Source of the DNA: Candidatus Nomurabacteria bacterium
GTDB taxonomy: Bacteria; Patescibacteriota; Minisyncoccia; Phycocordibacterales; UBA9973
Reading direction: 5' to 3'
DNA: 40,334 bases
Assembly: GCA_903862255.1 (NCBI GenBank)
Contig: CAIOXK010000026.1
Coordinates: 1 to 40,334, forward strand
In this document: one piece after another, positions 27,952 to 37,480 of the stretch
Layout of the letters: each line of letters opens with the position of its first letter
Position numbering within the stretch: position 1 is the first letter of the stretch
Program-made: the position numbers and the translations under genes
Notes under the pieces: model-generated
What the model saw: only the letters and a program-made list of their open reading frames with translations
Databases searched by the model: none
Told to the model about the DNA's origin: nothing

Positions 27952-29049
27952 ATGAATATAACTTGTACAACAGAAAAGTTGAAAAACGCCGTTAGTCTTG
28001 CAGAAAGAATGACAGGAAAAGCACTGACATTACCCACCCTTCATGCAATCCTTTTAATTGCATCAGGAAAAAGCATTAAGGTTCGATCAACAAACCTTAC
28101 ACTTGGTATTGAAATAGAAATTCCAGCTAATATTGAAGAAGAAGGAACAGTACTTATTAAAGGTGAAGTTCTTGCAAGTGTTTGTAATCACCTAAATGAT
28201 GCCAGTGAGGTACGCCTTACTCTTGAACATGATAATCTAACTATTTCAACACCTCAACATACGACAGTGATTAAATCACTTCCTGCTGATGATTTTCCTA
28301 CACTTCCTGCTGTAGAGGGTGAGCAGGTTGAAATTAAAACCTCTGTATTACAAGAAGGTATTCGTTCTGTCTACTTCTGTGCAGCTATTACAGATATTAA
28401 GCCAGAAATTGCTAGTATTTTTATTTACAGTGAAGAAAATAATCTTTGTTTTGTGGCTACTGACTCATTTCGCCTGGCTGAAAAGAAGATTTCAGTGAAA
28501 GGTATTCCAGAGATCTCTAAGATCCTTGTTCCTTTTAAGAATATTGCTGATATTCTTCGCGTTCTTGATGTAGCTCCGGAAACTATTCGCATTATGTATA
28601 GTCGCAATCAGATTGCTTTCTTTGCTAATGGGTTATATCTAACATCTCGCTTGATTGACGGCGGTTTTCCACCATATCAGCTAATTATCCCCAAAGAGAC
28701 AGTGACTAAGGTGGTACTTCTTAAGCAAGAGCTTTTGAATACATTACGTCTTTCAACTATTTTTGCTGATAAATTTTTCCAAGTTTCATTTGCTATACCA
28801 GAAGATAAAAAGACTATTACACTAAGTTCGAAGAATAGTGATGTAGGCTCCTCAGTGTCTACTGTAGATGCAGCTATTGAGGGTGAACCTATTGAGGTGG
28901 ACTTCAACCTTAAATACTTCCTAGATGTATTCCAGGCGCTTACAGGGGATAGTCTTACTATTTCCTTCACTCAACCAAATAAGCCAATAGTTGTTCGCAG
29001 TGTAAGTGATCCATCGTTTCTCTATTTATTAATGCCAACCAATCGTTAA
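27952..29049 (+). CDS. dnaN: DNA polymerase III beta clamp
   Basis: Follows dnaA; STNLTLGI, DDFPTLP, VATDSFRLA, SRLIDGGFP, YLLMP. Confidence 0.96.
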   Translation: MNITCTTEKLKNAVSLAERMTGKALTLPTLHAILLIASGKSIKVRSTNLTLGIEIEIPANIEEEGTVLIKGEVLASVCNHLNDASEVRLTLEHDNLTISTPQHTTVIKSLPADDFPTLPAVEGEQVEIKTSVLQEGIRSVYFCAAITDIKPEIASIFIYSEENNLCFVATDSFRLAEKKISVKGIPEISKILVPFKNIADILRVLDVAPETIRIMYSRNQIAFFANGLYLTSRLIDGGFPPYQLIIPKETVTKVVLLKQELLNTLRLSTIFADKFFQVSFAIPEDKKTITLSSKNSDVGSSVSTVDAAIEGEPIEVDFNLKYFLDVFQALTGDSLTISFTQPNKPIVVRSVSDPSFLYLLMPTNR

Positions 29050-29050
29050 T

Positions 29051-29302
29051 ATGGATCTCTTTCAATCTATCCTTTCTCAATTAAAAGATAAGATTGCTAA
29101 AGATGGTGCTGTAACTGAAGATAGTGCCAAAATCATTAGCGATATTGTGAAGACAACTATTACCCCTAATCAAATTACTATAGTAAAAGGTGTATTAAGG
29201 ATTAAGGCATCTCCAACACTCAAAATGGTATTACTGCTCAATAATACTAAAATCTTGAAGGCATTACAGGAATCAGGAGTAAATATCCATCAAGTGCAAT
29301 AA
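29051..29302 (+). CDS. Small protein, possibly DciA/DUF721-like
   Basis: 83 aa, 1 nt after dnaN stop; KGVLRIKASPTLKMVLLLNNTKILKAL resembles the DciA beta-helix pattern. Confidence 0.6.
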   Translation: MDLFQSILSQLKDKIAKDGAVTEDSAKIISDIVKTTITPNQITIVKGVLRIKASPTLKMVLLLNNTKILKALQESGVNIHQVQ

Positions 29303-29327
29303 AACCGCGTCAGACGCGGTTTTATTG
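29297..29327. terminator. Bidirectional terminator
   Basis: CAATAAAACCGCGTC-A-GACGCGGTTTTATTG between convergent genes. Confidence 0.85.
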
Positions 29328-29336
29328 TTTCATTAC

Positions 29337-31859
29337 TTATGTTCCTTGAGTGAATGTCACTATTTTTGAAATGGTACTTTTACCGTAGACACTATTTGTA
29401 GCATTAAAGGTAATAGTATGGAGTCCTGGTTTTAATCCGTAATCATTAGGGGTAAAGACAAAATGAAATGGATCGGGGAGTGTTGCGATGAAATTATTAT
29501 CAATTAATACATCTACGCTTGTTAGTGGGTATTGTCCAGAAGTTGTTACGGTTACTTCTGCATTATCTGAAGTACTCATTGTTTCCCCTATACCACTAAG
29601 GTTTAAAGGTGAGGTAGTACCGGTCGTGCTGCCAGTATCATATCCAGCAGGAAGATCTGCCGTTGTAGTTGTTCCATATTTACTAGCGTTATTTGCCCAC
29701 CATGTTTGCACAGAAGGTTCCCATAGGTGGAACTGCAGGTCACTGCTAGGATTGGTTGGTATTGCTCCACGAGGATTGGATTTAGTTACCCAGTAAAGGA
29801 TATCATGGACATCTGTGATTACTTTTTCAACTGTTGCATCAGCGGGGGTACTATCTGTTGCACGAAGTCCTGTAACTTTATCAATTTTTACTGTTTGATT
29901 ACCCATCCAAACACCTCGTAAAATTGGCTTCATTGTTGATGCATCAGGGTCAGGTATTGGTTCTTCGAATGGCGCACTCGGATATTTTGTTAATGCGTAT
30001 TGCATAAACATTTTCCATGTCGGACCAGAGATAGCAGAACCCCCACTTTTCATAGGTGTATTATCGTTATTTCCTGACCAAACACCAACAGAAATTGAAG
30101 GAGTATATCCAACAGTCCACGCGTCACGATCATTGTTTGTAGTACCAGTCTTTACCGCAACCCCAGGGATAGTAATCAATGTAGTACCAAATGTAGGAAT
30201 ACGGGCAGTTGCATCAGCAAGTACATTATTCATAGTAAGTGCAACATTTTTATCCATCACAGTTGTTGGATTTGGTTGGTATTGTTCCAATACATTTCCA
30301 TTATTATCATCAACCTCAAGAATGCCAGTCACTGGATTACGCACACCGCTATTTGCAAATACACCGTAAGCACTGGTCATATCAAGAAGTTTCACCTCAC
30401 CACCACCAAGTACAAGTGATAGGCCAATTTCTGAGGGGTTAGTAAGAGTAGTAATACCCATTGCGTGTGCAGTATCAACTGCTGTTTGTACACCAACTAG
30501 ATATAGGAGTTTCACTGACGGTACATTACGTGATTCAGCAATTGCACTACGAAGTGATATTGGCCCTTTAAATTTATTATCAAAGTTGTCAGGGTTGTAA
30601 CAATCTTTTGAAGTAAATCCAGGAAGTGGTTGTTCAGCGGCGGTACAATTGGTAGAAAATTCAGTCGGTACATCAAATAATACAGTATCAGGTGTATATC
30701 CTTTTGCGAAAGCAGTTGCATATACAAATGGTTTGAATGAAGAGCCAGGCTGACGTAGTGCTGTAGCTGTGTTATATGCACCATCTATTTGCTTGTCAAA
30801 GTAATTACGAGAACCAACCATAGTCAAGATTTGTCCTGTTGTCGGGTCAATTGCTACAAGACTAGAATTGGAGGCATTATATTGTTTTTCATTACTCGCT
30901 ACTTGTGTCGCAATAAGCTGCTCTGCTTTTTGCTGTAAATCATAATCAAGAGTGGTTTTGATAGTGTAACCATCATTATCTAAAACATCTTTACCATATT
31001 TCTGTTCTAGTTGATCGAGTATGTAAAATACAAAGTGAGGAGCCTTAATGCCAGTATTACTTGCCTGACTGAATGCAACTACTTCAGATTTTGATGAAGC
31101 TAGTTGGGCATCAGTGATATAACCATACTCTTTCATTTTTGAAAGAACGAGATTTTTTCGATTATCAAGATCTTTTTTATGAGAACCAAACGGGGAATAA
31201 TATGTTGGAGCAGGAAGCATTGCGGCAATATATGCTGCTTGTGCAATGTCGAGCTGTGCAGCCGGGATACCGAAATATGATTGTGAAGCTTGCTCAACAC
31301 CATATACTGTTCCACCAAGTGGTGCGTCATTAAGATAGATTTCCAAAATCTGATTTTTGCTAAATTGACGAGTAAGACGAATAGCCAATACCCATTCTTT
31401 TAATTTGCGGGCAACAGATTTATCGCCATTGAGTAATGTGTTCTTGATAATTTGTTGGGTAATAGTAGAGCCACCTTGAACATAACCACCATGGATAATA
31501 TTTGTAAATAATGCACGCAAGATCGAAGTTGGGCGAATACCACTATTATGATAAAAATCCTGATCTTCAATAGAAATTACGGCTTTTTGGATAGGATCAC
31601 CCATGCTTGCTAATGGGATTTGTGTACGTTTTACAGACTGGTGTGCATCATAAAGAACAATTTGACCTGTACGGTCAGTGATTTTTGACGAATTTGCAAT
31701 CTGTCTTGCTTCAAATGTAGAGATGTCAGGAAGTTTGATAAAACTTGCCCAGATTAGTACCGCCCCGACCACTAATAAAATAAGTGCCAATAGTGCAAAT
31801 AAGATTTTTTTCCATGGAAATCCATCGCGGTGTTTATGTTCTTTCATACCTTCAATCAT
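29337..31859 (-). CDS. Class A penicillin-binding protein with C-terminal Ig-like domain
   Basis: TM anchor; EDQDFY, GGSTITQQ, RKLKE (transglycosylase); SSFK, SRN, KTG (transpeptidase). Confidence 0.93.
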   Translation of the reverse strand: MIEGMKEHKHRDGFPWKKILFALLALILLVVGAVLIWASFIKLPDISTFEARQIANSSKITDRTGQIVLYDAHQSVKRTQIPLASMGDPIQKAVISIEDQDFYHNSGIRPTSILRALFTNIIHGGYVQGGSTITQQIIKNTLLNGDKSVARKLKEWVLAIRLTRQFSKNQILEIYLNDAPLGGTVYGVEQASQSYFGIPAAQLDIAQAAYIAAMLPAPTYYSPFGSHKKDLDNRKNLVLSKMKEYGYITDAQLASSKSEVVAFSQASNTGIKAPHFVFYILDQLEQKYGKDVLDNDGYTIKTTLDYDLQQKAEQLIATQVASNEKQYNASNSSLVAIDPTTGQILTMVGSRNYFDKQIDGAYNTATALRQPGSSFKPFVYATAFAKGYTPDTVLFDVPTEFSTNCTAAEQPLPGFTSKDCYNPDNFDNKFKGPISLRSAIAESRNVPSVKLLYLVGVQTAVDTAHAMGITTLTNPSEIGLSLVLGGGEVKLLDMTSAYGVFANSGVRNPVTGILEVDDNNGNVLEQYQPNPTTVMDKNVALTMNNVLADATARIPTFGTTLITIPGVAVKTGTTNNDRDAWTVGYTPSISVGVWSGNNDNTPMKSGGSAISGPTWKMFMQYALTKYPSAPFEEPIPDPDASTMKPILRGVWMGNQTVKIDKVTGLRATDSTPADATVEKVITDVHDILYWVTKSNPRGAIPTNPSSDLQFHLWEPSVQTWWANNASKYGTTTTADLPAGYDTGSTTGTTSPLNLSGIGETMSTSDNAEVTVTTSGQYPLTSVDVLIDNNFIATLPDPFHFVFTPNDYGLKPGLHTITFNATNSVYGKSTISKIVTFTQGT

Positions 31860-31905
31860 AATAAAAATCCTTTAAAAAACAAAGGAAAATGGTACAATCG
31901 TACTA

Positions 31906-33111
31906 ATGGATAAAAAACTAGAAAAAGACGAATTATTAGATATTTTATTGAACAAAGGTGTAGCAGATATTTTGCCAAACAAAGGATTTCTTGAAAAAGA
32001 ACTTTCTACTGGTCGTAAACTATCTATTTATGCAGGATTTGATCCAACAGGGCCAACTCTTCATATTGGTCATACTATTAGTTTGCGTAAACTTCGTCAT
32101 TTTCAAGATCTTGGACACCAGATTATTTTCCTCGTTGGGGACTTCACAGCACGTATTGGTGATCCAACTGACAAAACTTCTGCACGCAAACAATTAACTG
32201 AAAAAGAAATCAAGGTTAATTTGAAGCAATATAAAAAACAAGCAAGTAAATTTATCCGCTTCACAGGTAAGAATGCAGCGCAAATTAAATTCAATAATGA
32301 CTGGCTAGGTAAAATGAAATTTGCAGATGTATTAGCATTGGCTTCAAATATGACAGTTGATCAAATGCTAAAGCGCGACATGTTTGCACGCCGTATCGAA
32401 GAAGAGAAGCCAATTTATATTCATGAATTTATGTACCCGTTGATGCAAGGGTATGATAGTGTCGCTATGAATGTTGATGGAGAAGTAGGTGGTAATGATC
32501 AGCTTTTCAACATGTTAGCAGGACGTACACTTCTTAAACAGTTGAAAAATAAGGAGAAATTTGTGATCACCATGAAGCTCTTGGAAGATAATAACGGCGC
32601 GAAAATGGGGAAGACGACTGGTAATATGATCAGTCTTGTTGATACGCCAGAGGATATGTATGGCAAAATTATGAGTTGGACGGACGGGCTTATTATTCCA
32701 GGTTTTGATTTGTGTACAGATTATACTCCTACTCAAGTTACATTTATTCAGGATGAATTAGATGCAGGTATCAATCCCCGCGATATTAAAATGCGCTTAG
32801 CGTTTGAAATAGTTGCTTCTTGTACAGATCAAAAAAGTGCACAACGGGCGGAAGAGTCATATGTGTCACTTTTTCAGAAAAAAGAAATTCATGAAAATAT
32901 ACCCGAAATCAAGGGTGGTAATAAAACACTCGAGGCAATTTTGATTGATGAAAAAATTGTCTCATCAAAAGGAGAGCTTCGCCGACTCATTGAATCAAAA
33001 GCTGTAACAAACTTTGAAACAAAAGCAGTCGTAACTATTGAGGACACAAAGAAAGAAGCACAGCTAATTGTTTATAAAATCGGTAAAAACCGTATTATAC
33101 GTATTGTTTAA
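31906..33111 (+). CDS. tyrS: Tyrosine--tRNA ligase
   Basis: GFDPTGPTLHIGH, YPLMQGYD, GGNDQLFN, KMGKT. Confidence 0.97.
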   Translation: MDKKLEKDELLDILLNKGVADILPNKGFLEKELSTGRKLSIYAGFDPTGPTLHIGHTISLRKLRHFQDLGHQIIFLVGDFTARIGDPTDKTSARKQLTEKEIKVNLKQYKKQASKFIRFTGKNAAQIKFNNDWLGKMKFADVLALASNMTVDQMLKRDMFARRIEEEKPIYIHEFMYPLMQGYDSVAMNVDGEVGGNDQLFNMLAGRTLLKQLKNKEKFVITMKLLEDNNGAKMGKTTGNMISLVDTPEDMYGKIMSWTDGLIIPGFDLCTDYTPTQVTFIQDELDAGINPRDIKMRLAFEIVASCTDQKSAQRAEESYVSLFQKKEIHENIPEIKGGNKTLEAILIDEKIVSSKGELRRLIESKAVTNFETKAVVTIEDTKKEAQLIVYKIGKNRIIRIV

Positions 33112-33254
33112 AGCTTAAATAAGTCACCAAGCATTTTGGACCATGTCGCTTGAAGATAGTTTACGACAAGAAAAGAAGGGATAAAGACAATAGTCAAAAG
33201 AAAAAACAGAAGCATTCTGCCTGCAAATACAAATAGTTTTTCTATGAAATCCAT
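33108..33254 (-). CDS. 48-aa small membrane protein (absent from ORF track)
   Basis: MDFIEKLFVFAGRMLLFFLLTIVFIPSFLVVNYLQATWSKMLGDLFKL*; AGGTAGGA and TACAAT upstream; stop overlaps the tyrS stop. Confidence 0.6.
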   Translation of the reverse strand: MDFIEKLFVFAGRMLLFFLLTIVFIPSFLVVNYLQATWSKMLGDLFKL

Positions 33255-33349
33255 AACCGGTATCCTACCTGATAGGAGTGTATTGTAAAGTAGACGTTTT
33301 TATTGTATGTAGCGAAATGTATAAAATATCGTGCTACTATTAGTTCTAT

Positions 33350-34249
33350 ATGACTATAGTACTTACAGGAGGGAGTGGATTTATTGGTACAACACTATCG
33401 AAACGACTATTGGCACAAGGACATACAGTAGTGGTTATTGCCTTAACTCCTCCTTCTTTTACTCATCAAAACCTCTTTTTTATACAGTCTGATGTTGCCA
33501 CACAGCCATTACCATATAATGTTCTGGAACACACAGATGCCATCATTAATCTTATAGGCGCTCCTATTAATGTAAAATGGACCGATCAAAACAAAAAAGC
33601 AATTCATGATAGTCGCATTAAGAGTACTGCCTCAATTGTCGCTGCGATTGCTGCGGCAAAAAGCCGTCCAACAGTATTTATCTCTGCTTCAGCCTCAGGG
33701 TTTTATGGCAATACCGGAGAAGTGATAACTGATGAACAATCTCCAAACGGAACAGGTTTTCTTGCTGGGGTGGTAATGGATTGGGAGGCAGAAGCGCGTA
33801 AGGCCACAGAATTTGGCGTCCGAGTTGTTTGTATCCGTACTTCACCGGTGATTGGTCATGGTGGACTAATGGCAGTAATCAAAAAATCTGCTTCCTGGGG
33901 GATTTTGCCGCGTTTGAAAAAAGAAGACTTCTGGTTTTCATGGATTTCTGAAATGGATATTGTAAATGCATATTTATTTGCACTAGAAACAAATACATTA
34001 CAAGGTGTCGTGAATGCTTCGGCACCAGAACCGGTGCTGTATAGTACATTTTTGCAATCACTAAAAACAATATGGAATCATCGTATCGTTATTACAATAC
34101 CAAAATGGTTAGGTAAAAAACTTTTCAAGGATGGGTATATAGAAATGACTAACGATAGTCGAGTAGTACCAAAAAGATTAGTAGATAAAGGGTTTGATTT
34201 TATATACCCAACAATAGAATCTGCAATAGCTGCATATGAAGAAAAATGA
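33350..34249 (+). CDS. NAD-dependent epimerase family (TIGR01777/YfcH-like)
   Basis: LTGGSGFIG, DAIINLIG, DSRIKST, ISASASGFYG, WEAEA. Confidence 0.9.
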   Translation: MTIVLTGGSGFIGTTLSKRLLAQGHTVVVIALTPPSFTHQNLFFIQSDVATQPLPYNVLEHTDAIINLIGAPINVKWTDQNKKAIHDSRIKSTASIVAAIAAAKSRPTVFISASASGFYGNTGEVITDEQSPNGTGFLAGVVMDWEAEARKATEFGVRVVCIRTSPVIGHGGLMAVIKKSASWGILPRLKKEDFWFSWISEMDIVNAYLFALETNTLQGVVNASAPEPVLYSTFLQSLKTIWNHRIVITIPKWLGKKLFKDGYIEMTNDSRVVPKRLVDKGFDFIYPTIESAIAAYEEK

Positions 34250-35096
34250 TGTACTCACAACAGGGTGGAAGTCGTACGAACTCCTTGATTCAGGAGAGGG
34301 TAGAAAGCTAGAACGCTTTGCTGGTGTTATTCTTGACCGTCCAGATCCTCAAGCACTTTGGAAAAAAACAGCACCAGAAAAATGGCAGCAAGCCGATGCT
34401 CAATTTGTATGGGCAGATAAAGGCGATCGCTGGAGTGTAAATAAGGGTATTGCTGAAGATTGGAATATTGATTGGCAAGATATAAGCATCAACCTTTCTT
34501 TTAAAGGGTTTAAGCATGTCGGCATTTTTCCAGAACATTCAACACAGTGGGCTGAATTACAATCCTTAGGTAAAAAATATGATGGATTAAGAATGTTAAA
34601 CCTTTTTGGTTATACAGGTGCGGCTAGTGTTGCTGCGGCACGATCTGGTATGAAGGTAACGCATGTTGATGCGTCGAAACAGACTATTCAAACAGTAAAA
34701 GATAATGCAGAATCGTCTGGACTTAAGGGTGACGCGATACGAGTGATTACTGATGATGCACTCAAATATGCAAAACGTCTCATACAAAGAGGTGAACAAT
34801 TTGAAGTGATTGTGATGGACCCGCCAGCATTTGGTCGTGGACCAAAAGGGGAGGTGTGGAAGATTGAAGAAAAGATTCTAGAGCTAATGGCGTTATTGCC
34901 AGAATTACTTTCTGAAAATGCAAAGCTCGTTATTATGAATGGGTATGCTTCAGGATTTAGTGCTCGGACATTTGGAGAACTACTTTTTGACGTATTACCA
35001 AAAGGCTCAATTACATATGGCGAAATTGGTATTCAACAACAATCATCTGACCGACTTTTAACTACAGGTATTTATGCCAAATGGCAAGATCGATAA
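34236..35096 (+). CDS. Class I SAM methyltransferase (RlmI/RlmK-related)
   Basis: YELLDSGEGRKLERF, KHVGIFPEH, LNLFGYTG, VDAS, MDPPAFGRG. Confidence 0.85.
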   Translation: MKKNDVLTTGWKSYELLDSGEGRKLERFAGVILDRPDPQALWKKTAPEKWQQADAQFVWADKGDRWSVNKGIAEDWNIDWQDISINLSFKGFKHVGIFPEHSTQWAELQSLGKKYDGLRMLNLFGYTGAASVAAARSGMKVTHVDASKQTIQTVKDNAESSGLKGDAIRVITDDALKYAKRLIQRGEQFEVIVMDPPAFGRGPKGEVWKIEEKILELMALLPELLSENAKLVIMNGYASGFSARTFGELLFDVLPKGSITYGEIGIQQQSSDRLLTTGIYAKWQDR

Positions 35097-35120
35097 TATC
35101 TCTATGATATAATTTAAATT

Positions 35121-35564
35121 ATGGCTGCTATAAAAACTGAACCAAAGTATTCTTACCCAGGGGATCTTAAGGTTAAAAAAGGAATTAATGGTCTGGGATT
35201 ATTCACCACAGTACCAATCAAAAAAGGGGACTGCATTATTGAATATGTAGGAGATATTCTTACGACTCAAGATGAAGTAAATGAACGAGGAGGGCAATAT
35301 TTATTTGAGGTTTCATCAAAAAAAACTATAGATGGAACTGCTCGTACAAATACCGCTCGGTATATCAATCACGCATGTACGCCAAATTGTGAAGTAGAGA
35401 TTCACAAAACACGAGTATTTATATATGCCAAGCGCAATATCAAAGAAGGGGAGGAGCTCTTTTATGACTATGGAAAAGATTTCTGGAATACACACATTAA
35501 ACCAAAAGGATGTCGCTGTATGAAATGCACACTAAAGAGAGAAAAAGCTGCCATCACAGTATAA
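35121..35564 (+). CDS. SET domain protein-lysine methyltransferase
   Basis: GLGLF, IIEYVG, RYINHACTPN, EELFYDYG, post-SET CRCMKC. Confidence 0.92.
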   Translation: MAAIKTEPKYSYPGDLKVKKGINGLGLFTTVPIKKGDCIIEYVGDILTTQDEVNERGGQYLFEVSSKKTIDGTARTNTARYINHACTPNCEVEIHKTRVFIYAKRNIKEGEELFYDYGKDFWNTHIKPKGCRCMKCTLKREKAAITV

Positions 35565-35598
35565 ATAAAAAACCGCATATAAAGCGGTTTTTTTATTT
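35564..35598. terminator. Bidirectional terminator
   Basis: AAATAAAAAACCGC-ATATAAA-GCGGTTTTTTATTT between convergent genes. Confidence 0.85.
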
Positions 35599-35600
35599 GC

Positions 35601-35828
35601 TTAAAATTGATCGTCTTCTCCGTAGATTTCTTGAAGGATGATATCTTCAATTTCTTTTTTATCATCTGGTTCACCATCGTCAACTGGGTCAGCTAGTGGG
35701 TCTATCTCTGCAAGAGGGTCAATTACGTCAACATCATCTGTAAGATCAACTTCGTCTTCTACGACTAGTCCTACTGCGTCTTCTTCGTTAAGACCATCCT
35801 CTCCTTTTACATCATCAAATTCGCTCAT
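35601..35828 (-). CDS. Small, highly acidic hypothetical protein
   Basis: 75 aa, about 31 Asp/Glu; ends at the terminator. Confidence 0.7.
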   Translation of the reverse strand: MSEFDDVKGEDGLNEEDAVGLVVEDEVDLTDDVDVIDPLAEIDPLADPVDDGEPDDKKEIEDIILQEIYGEDDQF

Positions 35829-35917
35829 GTGTTATCTAAATACAAATTAATTTTTATAGCATATTTGTAGCAGATACTCTTTTACTTTGCAATAGTCTAT
35901 CTTGATTTTGGTGCAGG

Positions 35918-36418
35918 TTATAGATAATTATTTAAACGCATTGTACCTACTGCTGCCATACCTAAGGCAATTGCATCAATTTCATCATCTAATTTCTTTG
36001 AAATATCAATCTTTAATGTCAAAGCTACCATCTTTTGAACAGAAGTTTTGTCGGCATTGCCACTACCTGTCATACCTAACTTCACCGCTTGGGGGGATAA
36101 TTCAATAAGTGGAATGGTATGAATACCAGCTAGTACTACTATTACTCCGCGAGACTCAGCAACAGCCATCACAGTTTTTTTATTAACTGAGAAAAAGAGC
36201 GTTTCAAGAGCTATAGCATCAGGTGTATATGTCGCAATTGCTTCGTCAATATTTTTGAATATAACCGCTAATCGCTGGGCATTACTTTCTTTTTTATCGG
36301 TAGTGATACACCAAGAGTGTTCAATGGTGGTTACGGTACCTGTTTTTATAACTGCAACACCGCAACGGTCATATCCAGGGTCGATAGCAAGGATGATTTG
36401 TTCAGTATTACTTTTCAC
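35918..36418 (-). CDS. ruvC: Holliday junction resolvase
   Basis: ILAIDPG, ALETLFF, VAESRGVI, GSGNADK, DDEIDAIA. Confidence 0.94.
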   Translation of the reverse strand: MKSNTEQIILAIDPGYDRCGVAVIKTGTVTTIEHSWCITTDKKESNAQRLAVIFKNIDEAIATYTPDAIALETLFFSVNKKTVMAVAESRGVIVVLAGIHTIPLIELSPQAVKLGMTGSGNADKTSVQKMVALTLKIDISKKLDDEIDAIALGMAAVGTMRLNNYL

Positions 36419-37379
36419 GAATATAATCCTTACCCTTTTCTGTTAATTGTCGTCCGCGAGGAGTGCGTTCCAATAATCCAAGCTGGATCAAGTATGGCTC
36501 AGTTACATCTTCGATAGTACCATCGTCTTCACCAGTTGCTGCTGCAAGATTTTTTACACCAACTGGACCACCACTAAATTTATCGCGAATAGTTTTTAAT
36601 AAATTAATGTCGTGTGCACTGAGACCGTTTTCATCAAGGCCAAGTAAGTTAAATGCTTCTGTCACATTTGCAGTATCAATTGCTTGATTATTCATTTGTG
36701 CATAGTCACGAACACGGCGAAGAAGGTAGTTGGCAATACGTGGGGTTTTGCGACTGCGCGCCGCAATAGCTTGATGTGCAATTTCAGGAAGATCAATATC
36801 AAGTAATTGCGCTGAACGTCCAAGGATACGAGCAATTTCTTCATCAGTATAAAATTCTAAACGATATGTCCCTCCAGAAAAACGAGAACGTAATGGGGCA
36901 GATAGCATACCGAAACGAGTTGTTGCACCAACTAGAGTAAATGGAGGTAGGTCAAGTTGTACAGTACGAGCAGAGGGGCCTTTACCAATCATGATATCCA
37001 TCTTACCTGTTTCCATAACAGGGTAGAGCACCTCCTCAATAGTTTTGTTGAGTCGATGAATTTCATCGATGAATAACATGTCACCAGGTTGAAGGTTTGT
37101 CAGAATAGCAGCAAGGTCACCAACGCGTTCAATCGCTGGTCCTGATGTAAGTTTCACCTGGGCATTCATCTCTTTTGCAATCACATGTGCCAATGTAGTC
37201 TTACCAAGTCCTGGTGGGCCATAAAAAAGAATATGTTCAGGTGCTTGTCCGCGCGTTTTTGCAGCCCCAATAAGTATGGAGAGTGATTTTTTAATTTGCT
37301 CTTGCCCAACATAGTCTACAAAGGTTGTAGGGCGGAGCAGTGAGTCACTAAATTGTTCTTCGGGGGGTGTACTTGACAT
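36408..37379 (-). CDS. ruvB: Holliday junction branch migration ATPase
   Basis: LRPTTF..YVGQ, GPPGLGKTTLA, FIDEIHRL, GATTR, EPYL..G.LERTPRGR. Confidence 0.97.
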   Translation of the reverse strand: MSSTPPEEQFSDSLLRPTTFVDYVGQEQIKKSLSILIGAAKTRGQAPEHILFYGPPGLGKTTLAHVIAKEMNAQVKLTSGPAIERVGDLAAILTNLQPGDMLFIDEIHRLNKTIEEVLYPVMETGKMDIMIGKGPSARTVQLDLPPFTLVGATTRFGMLSAPLRSRFSGGTYRLEFYTDEEIARILGRSAQLLDIDLPEIAHQAIAARSRKTPRIANYLLRRVRDYAQMNNQAIDTANVTEAFNLLGLDENGLSAHDINLLKTIRDKFSGGPVGVKNLAAATGEDDGTIEDVTEPYLIQLGLLERTPRGRQLTEKGKDYIREK

Positions 37380-37480
37380 AAGTTGGTATCCATGCTATCC
37401 TATTATCAGATCAATAACAGATACATTCTACTACATATCTCCTGGAAAGAGGGTGAGTAAAAAATCTACTAAAAGAAGGT

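Noticed and set aside
31906-33111. KMGKT in place of KMSKS
   Set aside because: Normal variation in TyrRS
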